A program made the position numbers and the translations under genes. Source: Laetmonice hystrix (taxonomy: Eukaryota). Taken from it: a stretch of DNA of 64,000 bases. A model generated the notes under the pieces. It ran no database searches. It saw only the letters and a list, made by a program, of their open reading frames with translations, and had not been told where the DNA came from. Shown piece by piece: positions 44,001 through 56,000 of the stretch (positions are counted from its first letter, which is position 1; each line of letters opens with the position of its first letter). The stretch is from contig OZ249436.1 in assembly GCA_965235115.1 (NCBI GenBank), positions 14,324,001 to 14,388,000 of the forward strand, given 5' to 3'.

Positions 44001-47000
44001 TCTGACGACTAATGATCTGTCTTTCCTGTTTCGAGGCTAGGTTTTTTTTTGTTTCCCAGTAATTGTTTTGGTCTGGTACAGTTTCACACTTAAGGACTTA
44101 CTGCTTCGGCAGTGGTTCATTCAACAGAGGTTATTTACTAAATGTTTTAGCCCTCCGAGCTTTTCCTTATTTGGGTGGCCTGCATTTGGTGAGTGGTTCC
44201 CGCCCCCAGTGACCAGTTAAGGCGTCTCCATTACCTGAACGCCAGACAAATGTCTATGCCGCTTACAATAAGCCGGGCTTGGGCTGGTGCAGGTGGCACC
44301 ACTATAATGCTCTCAGTGGACTCCTCTACTGTGGCCTCAGCCAGTGCCTCACCATCGTTCACTAAGAACTCTTGGATGTTCCTGCAGATCCCCTGACCAA
44401 ATCACCGTTACCCCGTGAGACATCTATAGCCGTCACTCCTACCATATATTGGTACAGGTATTACGTTTCTTAGAAGCAGTACCACCTCCTATGTATGGCA
44501 CCTAATGACTTAATCTCTCTCCACCACTCACTTCTTCAAGCTAGCTGATACAAGTTCATTAGAGGCAGAGAGAAAAAACCTTGGAATGAAACACCTTTGC
44601 CCCACTATTACGGCAAGGGGCTGGCTTGCCTGACACAAAACTGCTTTCAAATTTTTTTTTAAATTTTAGCGAGTCATGCACCCGGATACATACATATTAA
44701 AGTGATTGTGTTAATAAATTACATATTTTCTTGGTTTTTGCCTTTGAAAATTTTGAAAGACTCATTTCAAGATCAAATATTTTGCAATGGTCAACAGGTT
44801 CAAATAATTATCAAGTCCACTGTTCAGATTTATAAACTAAGCTAGCAGATGTCGTCTAGCTGATAGGCTCTCTCTGACAATCTTTGTTGGAGAGGGCCAA
44901 ATGACCCCAACCAGAAACTAATAACTTCGGGTCTATCCTTAATGCGGCGTTTATTGGGTCGGTTCAGTGAATTTCATGCAGCTGACACGATTCACATTAG
45001 GTAAAATCGCTATGAGTGTTAATACGTGTTACAATGAATAGGATTTACAACAGACCATGCAGAACACACACACAGAACCTTGTATATTAAATTATATTAA
45101 TCTATAATCTAATAGCTATACTCAATCTAATCTAATAGCTACACAACGTGACACTTGATGGGTTGACCTGTACTAAAATGACGCACTTGACAGATAAAAT
45201 TGAGAGACCAATATTACTGCAGCTATGCCATTACACAGTTCCTGTGCTGCCACCTAGTGTTTGTTCACTCAGTATGTGTACGTCTACAAATCAGATTCAG
45301 GTTTGACAAAAACTGAATGATAAATCCAATATCAGGAAATTACTTCTCACAGTATCTCTAAGGGTTCATCGAACTGTATTCCTGATGTTTCTTCTACAGC
45401 ACTTTAAATTGTTAAGGCTCATGACAGATGACCCATAACGACTGTACAAAGGCTCTTAAGGCCCGAACCAGACGCCATGGCATCGCAAAGCTTGCGACGG
45501 GTGTCAGTAGCCTTGCAAGAATGTGTCTCATTGTGGGTTCCACTTGTCGCAAGCCTTGCAACGCAGCCTTTGCAACGAAGTGCTGTATCGGAAGGCTTGC
45601 GACAATATCAAACATGTTTCATACATGCCAATGAAAGCATGCTCAGAGAGAATGCAGGAGTGTGATCGTGAAAGGGGGAAAAATTTAACTTTTGTGGTGC
45701 AAGTGGGGGTGGGTGCCCCCTCCGGGGTTATTCCCCCATGGCAACTTCCAGACAAAATTTTGGGTACGGGTTCGGGTTAAGCTCAGGGATAGGGATAGGA
45801 TATGAATATTGTTTTTGGTAGGTGTAGGGACAGGGGTTAGGGGTTAGGGATAAGGTGGGGGCTATGTATCTTTACTTTCGACCAAATTTCGTGTGTTTTA
45901 AGTTACCATGGGGGATGTACCCCCTCCCGCGGCAAAATATTTGACAATTTCATGTTTAAAATGGTCCAATCTGAGCATTTTAAAGGTCTTATTTATGTTA
46001 ACACTGGAACCATTTGCTGGCGAGCTTTCACGAATTTGGACAAGTTTTACCCCACCCCCTACATTTGCATTACAAGATCTCTTATATTATATTTTGATAT
46101 AAAAAAAAAGCCGGCAAAAGCCGGAAAAATCACAGGCCTGATGAATGTGAACAAGAAAGTCAGAATGGAGCGTAGAGGAAAAAAGACCACCTGATCGACC
46201 TGTTCAAGGAAAACTCCTTCCTTTACGACATTATGACGTCATTGTCACAAGGCTTGTAACATTGCACTCGACGCAACGCGAGTTTAGGTTTTAGTGTCGA
46301 AAGGCTTACGATAGGTTCATTGCAATGCCCCATTGCATGCCTTGTGACAGGCGTCACAAACATTTGTTGCATAGTGGGGTGGGCCTTTACTGTCTAGATC
46401 TTGGTTAGGAGCCCCAGTACTGTAAGGTGCGTTTTACAGGACTACCAGTACTGGCTTACCTTGACAACTTCAAGTGAACCCGAGAAGAGCATGTTACGGG
46501 CAGACGCAAGTGTGCATACAGGATTATCATGGGCTTCAATGGTCGTTATCTTTTCAAACGTTTCCAAACTCCAAACCTGAAAAGCAAACATGGAAACATG
46601 AAATATGACTTCGTTTTATTCAATTAGGCTAGCCAGAGAAATCTGTTTCGAAGGAGTTCCAGTCAATCTCTTTATACATGAGTTTTATTTTTACTGATAT
46701 GGAACAGGAGTAAGGTATGCTCACGGCTATAGTGCAGTCCTGAGATCCTGAGTATAGTGTGTTGCCATAGACACAGAGTGCCAAGACAATCCCTGTGTGA
46801 CCTTCTAGTGTCTTCAGGCACCTGTAGTTTGTACTTGTGTCCCATACCTAAAACGACACACGTAATAACTTCATGCTTAAGCTGATTTATAATAGACCGG
46901 CAGATTTTACTTAGAACTTTGTTTAAACTGTCCTTTCCTTAAGACCTTCTGCACATGCAGGATTACCTTTTCACATAACTAACTACTAATAGTCGATAAA

Positions 47001-50000
47001 TGAGACTTACTTTGATATTTTTGTCTGAAGAGCCACTAAAGAGGTAATCCTGATGTACACAAAGACACCAAACTGGTCCCTGGTGTCCAACAAATGTCCC
47101 TTTACACTTGAAGATCTGCTGGGGGTCATATGCTAGAAGAGAAGTCATACTGGTACACAAACTGAAGCAACCATTCTCACAATTTATCTATTACAAGGAC
47201 CAATGTGTAAAGTTTAGATCCTGAGCACTATAATATCCACATATAATACATAATCTTTCTGTTAAAAGGCCTAGGCATGACAACTTTATCCTGACATGTC
47301 TACAGTTGAGATTCTGGTCCATCTTACCTCCAACCTGCCCGCCAAAGTTAACTCTGTCATGTAGCTGCACCAGATCCTCCTATAAATAATCAATAATATG
47401 TCAAACAGGCCAGCAGATTTCTCCTGACAAGTGGTTGTATGACTGTTCAGGTTGTTCTTCTACTGGGATTATTATCCAATGTAGAGAGTAAACTTACGTG
47501 CAACATGGCATATTCTCTTCGTACACTGATAAATTCATCCATTAGCTTGTTTTGACTGCTCTCAAACATCCCTGAAACAAACAGCAATGGTAGACTGAGA
47601 CCAATTTACAGTTCTGGAGAATTCATTCTACTATGAAGTGAAATTTAGTGTGTCTTGTTTAAGTGTGACCCATATCTAGCCTGATTCCGTTACAGGGAAT
47701 TCTGTGATGTGGTACTCACCAAACTTAGCTTCCGACACTTTCTCAAGTTCCTCAACTCGCTGAGACAATTTGCTTAGCATGGAACGTAGGAAGTCAATTT
47801 CTTGATCTTTTTGGTCGTTTGATATTTGGAGACCAGATATCCTGTTTTCTGTGCGCTGAATGAAGTCCTTCATTCCCTCAAATTGACATGCTTCTTCTAA
47901 ATGTAAGGTCAACTCCTGGGATGTACCATGAAATTGACATCTGCAGTTTCAAATATATACAGGTCAGTAAATCATTCACTCAGCATGAAAGAAATAAAAC
48001 GAAGTATTCTTAGACATGCGAAAAAAAGATTTGCTGTGCATACTACATGCTATTACACACATACCCATGTCTTTGATGCCGACATTTTACATGTTCACAA
48101 ACAAAGAGATGTTCTTCTAGGGCCTGAAATAAAAGTAACACCAGATTAAGATAAAAAATGGATGACCATATTTTAGAATTCAAATTTAAATAAAAAAAAC
48201 TACTTATCTGTAAAATATGTATGAGTTTTACCACTGTAAAATTTTCTAATTTCATTTATAAAAGATATACATGTATAAGGCATATACATCATAATGCTAT
48301 GGCTGTTAAGTTAGTAGTGGCTTGTGCCTTACCATTGCCAAGACAGGGGGACAATTCGGGTTGTTAGGGCATGGTACAGGTCTAAAACCACAATTTTCTT
48401 CATGGTCTCTGTAAAAGTAAAATACATACAATGTGCATGCAGAGTGGTTGTAAACATAATTATAATATTTTCCTATTTATGTCAGAAATTTGTACAAAAA
48501 CTGACCATAAACTGCAGTACATTCAGTTTTCACTACAACCTCTGATAACCTTGAAATTACTAGTTGTAGGGAAGGACTTACTTGCGTGAGTTATTCCGTA
48601 CAGATGCTTGGCATCCTGACGGATCCACCTCCCAATTTGATCCATCAGTCTGTCGACAGCCATATCTACACCTCACATACAGCTCCCCAATTTGATCCTT
48701 GACTGTCAAGTTTCCAACTCCGATGGTCAATTTGGTGCTGTCAACTGGACAGCTCTCTGTAAAAATAATAAAAACTCATTCAATTTCAAACTTTCCCCTT
48801 TTTCAGATATATTGGAATACTTGGACCATATTTAGTACATTATTTTCTCAACCAAAAGTTGACAGAAATATCAGTTTCTAAACATTAGCAACTTACCCCC
48901 TTGTCTTTGTTCAACACATCGTTTACAGAATGTATGCTGTAAACGAACAAAGAAAATCATAAGAAGAGTGACTAAATAGTGTCCAGACCATATTATGCTT
49001 TTAACTGAGGAGGATTCCCTTAGACCACACGTACACGAAAATATATTTAAGATCTACACAACCAGTATTGTTGAACTACACTAGTCAGTAAAACGTTGAG
49101 ATGTGTACCATGCTGCCACCTACTGGAAGGATTGTCCACCATACTTACCCCACATGAGACAATGAAAGGGTCCTTGAAAACATTATTACACATCAGACAG
49201 TAGAGTTTCTTGTTAGGTTGTTCTGTGAATATCAAGACTTCCTGGAAGAAAACCGAATCCATTTAATCAATAATTATCTACGTCTACTACGTCACACAGT
49301 TTTAGCAATATGAATGAAGAGCTTCCAATATATATCTTTTGTTTTGAATTTCACTACATTTTCAAACAAAGTGATAATTATATTGTGCAAATTCATCAAG
49401 GGTAAATAAAACAATTATGTATACCAAAGTATATATAATTACAAGACACGTTTACTCATACTTGCTAAAAATAGTATTTTTCTTACTTCATATCAAAATC
49501 AAACATATACAGTGGTCCCCCTCATAAGCGACCACCCCTGCTGCAGAGAGAAAGTGGTCGCTAGTGGCGGGTGGTCGCCTAAACGAGGGGTCGTTAAGTA
49601 CGCATGGTTACCACCAGGTGGCTACATATGAGATAACTACACACAGTTAACACTAGGTGGCGACTTCCCAGTGAGAGGGAGGGGACAAAGAGGGGGGCAC
49701 GTATGGAGTTATTCTTGCCAAATAACCCCCCCACATGACAACATGACACAGTTTCAGTTTAGAGAGACAATATACCTCAGAGACAGGGAACCTGTTGTTC
49801 ATTGTTTTTGGTTGTATTTTCATGCATGTGGAAGGTTGATTTTGTCCATGATTGAAACACTATATTTCATGTGGGTTGTCTTCGTTGTTTGGTCGTTTTT
49901 TGTTGTTAATAATTTAATGTTTAATGGTTTAGTTTAAGCTAAGTAGAACCAGCAGAAGTAGAAGTACAACCAGCCAGTTGGTGACATACCGTTTTTTCAA

Positions 50001-53000
50001 CAGGCATGGTAGTAGGAGGGGGAGCAAAACCGTTAGCTTAAAGTGTGATGGAAGGTTGGGCCGTGTGATGGAAGCCGGGCGGGTAAGGTGAGACACCTGG
50101 CCGGCCATTGTGGGATGGAAGTGGGTGGGTGGGGGTTGGGGGTGTTGGGTCAGCAGGGTGCCAGGCAGGCGGGCATGGGGAGACAACAGTGTTATGACAA
50201 GCCACGGCTGGCTGATTCTCAAAGGCTGGTCGCTGATAAGGGGTGACCGGTGGAGTTGATGCAGGGATATGCCGGTCGCTGGTCGTTAGTGCCGGGTGGT
50301 CGCTTATAAGGGTGGAATTATAGTGTGAAGTGGTTAATGCAATGGAAATGTGGTCGCTAGAGGCGGGTGGTCGCTTATAAGGGGTGGTCTTTAAGAGGGG
50401 GACCACTGTATATGACCTTTTACTTACCTCATCTTCAGTATTGGACGAATAGTTTGAGGCATTGCCTGAGACATCAGAAGCTGATCGAGTGAGGCCAGAC
50501 TGGTCGGACGGAGACCTCACAACACTCATATTTGATCGAGACTGTAAGTTGGTCAACTGGAAGAGGCAAAGTTCACATAAAATCATTAAAGGTGCATGAT
50601 CCAACAGGATACACCATCATCATTAGGGTGCAGACATTTACTTACTTTACAAGACCTGTCACATTTTGAACTACTTAACTCAACCGGTGTGCATTTCACA
50701 ATGATCATTAACTTGTCATGCATTAAATTCCCTATTGAAAATACTTAAAGACATGACAAATTATTGACAGGTTGTGAAACGCCCCCCCCCCCCCCCAGCA
50801 AGTTGAGGTTTGATTATAAAGCTACCTTGATATTTGGCTATACTCAGACTTACTTTTTCCAAAGAGACATATAAGCCAAAGGTGTAATATGGTTATCAGA
50901 CTGAATGAAAAATGTACAGAGTTGTGAAGATAAAACACTTACTTCACTGACACCACTGTCACTAAATACAGACATGGAGTTTGTAGTATGAGCCTCTTCA
51001 CTTGATGTGTCATCATCATCCTCGAGACCTGAAAGGGACAGTACAACTTCATGGTTGTGAAGAATTAAACACCTCATCAACCTTTTTTCTCATTTTTGTG
51101 TGTGAAAAAGGCAGTGCCTGGGAATTTTACTGACCAAACACATTTACTCACGTTTGAATATTACAGTATTCTGATACTGGTAAAAGTGCACCAGACATGA
51201 AAGAAGTACCTTATTGCCTTAGCTATTTACCGGTAAGTTTAGAAATAATTTGTACTGAGAAGTTCTACTTTGTTCAATCTGACTTACATAATCCCTGTCA
51301 ATGTTTGTACGCCTCTTTAAATCCGCTATAAATGGATCTTTAGTGTTGGAACACTTTTCTCTGTCTAGAAATACCAGTGACACTTTACTGTCCCATTCTT
51401 TTCCCAGAATTTGAGTTTAAAATTGTATTCAGAGATACAGAATTAACCTTATTATAATAACAAAGTCAAAAGTAATGGAGTGTTTCTAATGTGGCAGGAA
51501 TCAAGAAGGCTTTGCAGGATGGTATAACAAGAGAAATCTTATACCTGAGAACTATTGGAAGATGTAAAATGGGGGAAACAAAAGAAAAATTTCCACTGTT
51601 AACATAATAAGAAAGAGCTAAGACAGCAACTTTGCAAATGTGAAATCAAGCAAAACATCAAGAATTATGTATCGATGCATAACTCATAGTCTTACCTTGA
51701 CCTTTATAACTAGATGTGTAAATTCCAGATCCAAACCGAGTTTCCATGTAGTCCTACAAAACGTGAAATTGGTGTAAGATGAAGGATATAGGTAATCATG
51801 TACTACTGTGCATACGTCCTTGTAAAGAAAACATGATTTTGAATATAAGCATCTTATCACAATTACATACTAGTATATACTGGTATTCAAGATTTCTATA
51901 CAATGTACCATGGTAATTTGATCACCGTTAGATCTGTGTTCAAACAATTAAAGCTGGAAGCCTGGTTGGTGCCCCAAGAAGGGTCCGTCAATCGTGGGCA
52001 GTAAGCTGATATTAAGATATTCAGCACTAGGCCACTACCCACTCAATGAGAGGTGTGCCATTATAACCAGGGATGAACATTACATGTTGCAACATTTCTG
52101 ATGCTAATCAAGGATGGTAGTACAATGTACTGTACACTCGCACTGAGAGTAGGCCCAACTAACAGCTCAAATAGGAGGTACCGTCTTCTTTGTGCATCAC
52201 CTGTACCTGTGCTCTCTTTCGTTAAAGTACAAATGTATGTAACCTGTATCAACTACCAGTAACAGTACACCACTACCAGGTTTGCTGATTTATTGTAAAC
52301 TATTCTTTAGAGGACCATGTCTGGGCCTCTCAATCAATCCAGCTTTTTATAATCTCCAGCCAAATCATGTTTTTTTTCTTCTGATAATAAGTCAGTATGA
52401 TGGGATGGATTATTCTTCCTATGTTGCCTAGTTTTGACATTGGTGGATAGGAAGGTAATGTCTTGATCAGCTGATTCCAAAAACAATCATGCACACTTAT
52501 TAGAAATGTATGTCAACTGTGTTGAATATGACAAATAACAAAGGATGTTTCAAAGAAGATCTATGCTTTTTACACATGCATCCCTAAGCCCCAAGCTCAG
52601 GAATGGTCAAAATGTTGCAGGGGGAAAGAGTGATCATTAGTTGAAGAAATGTCTCCTCTATTGCATCATTTGGAAAATGTGTGAAAACGCTTAAGGTATT
52701 AAGTATAATTTAACGAATTGATTTTCTATTATCTGTCTGCTGTTACCGGTAATTAATTTTAAACTTATCATGGTTCCACATGTAATCTCAGCTGCCTTCC
52801 ATTGGGTTTCATGATATGATAAAATATTACCCCAGTTATAAAAATATTATATATTGTTGGATTTGTTGTAATATATTCAACCCTCTCTTCTTCAGTGAAA
52901 ACAAAGTAATTTTCTATAAGAACCGTTTAATATATGCTTCCAATTTCATGGTTCTCTGGTCGCATTGACCAGTTATTTGTTGTGGTGGTTTGGGTGTAAA

Positions 53001-56000
53001 GACTGTGTCTAAAAGAACAACAGAGAACTCAACTATAAAGGCTCATTCTAGGTCCTCGTGTTTATAATCACATTGGCATAAATTCTTTGACAATCAATGC
53101 AAACTTGAGGGAAAGACACCTTAAAATTCTGATGTCCAGCACACAGAGCAGTCAAGCATGTTGTGGCTACTAATTTTGCCATGTTAGAATAACTATTATT
53201 ACTGAGGTATATGCATTCTGCTGGATGCCCCTTTACACTGGTTACATAAAGTTTAGTTTTACCAAGCAGTGATTTAGTACATAGAAGTACCAATATTCAC
53301 TCACAGGTTCTGGTTGTTCAAGACTCACTACTTCAAAGGACGCCAGTTCATTGACATCTTCCTCTGACTTCTGTGAGGAAACAAATACCTTGTTCATAAA
53401 ATAGTTTTCTGGTGCTTCTCTGAAATAATGTTTGAAAAAAACAAAACAAAAATTGGCTAAAATTATTGACAAGTCACAACAGGTCAATTAGTGTTATGCT
53501 AATATTTGATTTTTTGTTGTTGAAAAACAAGCTCCCGCAAGGGACCAATTGGAAGAAATCACCTCTGTCAAAGCAATGTTAGTGAGACCACAAACATTAG
53601 GGTGTAAATGGTGACACAGCATGTAACAGGTCTGCAGATTGGATCAAACAGCAGAAATGCAGATGGCTAGGACATGTCTGGAGAAGACTAGAAGACAACA
53701 AGACCAACACGACTCGCCATTGGAACCCAGTAGGAAAAAGGAAGGGGGGATTCAAGGAAACCTGGAGACCCTCACTGAAAAGAGAACTGAGGGACAACAA
53801 TTGGGTATGTAGGTGAAATTCAAAGCACAAGCCCAAGACAGAGAACGATGGTAACAACCTTATGTGCCATTAGGCAAAAAGTCCATAATAACTTTAAAGC
53901 AAGTTAGTAAGTAAGTAAGTATGTGGACACCAGGCCTGGAAATTCCCAAATACCACAGCATTTAAAAAAAAATGCTGTGGTGTCAGAAGCTTTCCACGGC
54001 AATTTTGTGTTCAACCACAGCAACTTTAATTTTTCAGTTTTAGGAATTTGTGTTGATTTTCTTGCATGGCTTCCCCAAGCTGACGATGGCTTGGAGTGAA
54101 GGCACCATTAACCAATAACACAAATCCATTCATTCACTATTTCTGAACATGCTGCTCAAGAAGGGCTCAAGTCATACAGTCATTTGAATTGTATTGGTTC
54201 CATTAAAAGTTGCTAAAGTGCTCAGGGCCTGGCCCTGGCCATCTATTCTGAAGTAAAGATTGCTTGCAATACCCGGGGGCATTGTGCCTATGTGAAGAAA
54301 GTCTAACAGGATTTTATCGACGGCAATTGTGTGCCGTCGTTTATTAGTACCATCGGCGGCAAATCAGTTTGTTTGTTTGTTGTTTATTTTCAGTTGATTA
54401 CGGCGGCCATTGCCACAAGTGCCGTATGTATATTTCCAGCACTGGGACACTACACTTATTGTTGTGATGTGACATGCAGTCTGCGACATTGGCTGCTAGC
54501 CCGAAGCCAGAGTACAGTAGAAATTGTGATGGGTTAGTGAAAGCACTGGTTGCACTGGCCCACCAGTCTGAAAGAGTAAATAGTCCCCTCCCACATCCTC
54601 TCTCCCCCCCCCAACAAATTGCATTACGCTTTGCCTCACAGTTCGTTTCACAGACTGGTGAAAAGATAGGAAGGCTAGTAAAAAATTTCACTTCGGAGCC
54701 TTATAGTCCAGTACTGGAAAAAGTATTTGCCACAGACTGGACATTATTGACACCTTGTTGCCATCAATAGGCTGAGTGAGTGTGTGACTGCTCTGGGGCT
54801 AACCCTGACATAAAAAGGCATCATTTGTTTAAAATATTGCAGGAGATCAACTGATCAATGTGCACAGAAGAATGAAAATGTACCTGCCTCAAGTCTTAAA
54901 GGGAGGGACAACACCCACGGCAAATAAGGTTGCGTAGACCAAATGAAACACCAGCATTTACCTCAGGGCAATAAATGCCACAATTACGTTGTCTGAATGA
55001 AGTAATTAACGTGAAACCAGCGCACAAATAGCAAATAATCGGCCATTTCTCTGCTGAGATTCACGTTAGCTGCCTGATGTGTGATGCCGCTGGTTCTTAC
55101 CTTGCCCTGCTTGTGTGTTCATCACTTCGGCTAGATCCTTTGAATTTATTGTCACAGCCGAATGCTGCACACTACGGCGTATTGCGTAACATTACATGTT
55201 ACTCTGCTCACAGACCTTGTCTACACAATGTTTGGAGTCCCAGTCTTTGTAAACATTTATCTTTTCGATCAAACACCTTCACTGCACACTGTGATACTGG
55301 TCTAACTGTGGCCAAGCCAAACCTGGTGCTTATAGCACGGGAAGTTGTGGTGAGGACCAGTGTCATCATGCAAGCAATCGGGCTTGCAGACGGGAATTTT
55401 TCTGATTGGTTAAAATAAATTAATGGCGGCCTCTTCAAATCGAAGGCAAGTCAGTGATAGCTTCCTACTTCAAAGCTGAATTACTAGGTTATAAGTCGAC
55501 AAATAATTTATATTGTGGGTTGCTTTAGTTGGGTATGGCATATACTATAGAAATAATGTCATTAGACTGTTTTGTTTTCCCTTCCTTTAAGTTCCCACTG
55601 GTTTAAATTATTTGTAATCTTTAATAATAGGTTCGTATAAATGGGAATGGGGCATTCTGACTATTCTAGTAGTGAGTGGTACATAATTGTACATTCCGAC
55701 TTGCTAAGTGCGGCATTTTGACTTAAAAATCAGCCAAGCACGACATTTCAATAGTAACTAAAGGCCATAACACACTGTTCCCTCGATTAATCATGACTAA
55801 TCGTCGCACAGTCTGATATGACCGTCGGGCATCGGGTAACAATCTTCACTGCATCCCCCGAGTTCTCACATTTTTCAGCTGCCTGTCTCAGTTTAGTAGC
55901 AACGGCACCATGTCGCAGTAAAATCAGTGTGTTATAAATAGGTTGTTACTGGAAGCAGGCCTTTAGTCCTTTATTTTCAGATCTATACGTTATGGCGCAT

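Noticed and set aside
52207..52243. Alternative small TRAF7 N-terminal exon ([12 protein letters not shown])
   Set aside because: 51696-51753 fits the same phases, has a stronger donor and shows METxFG similarity.
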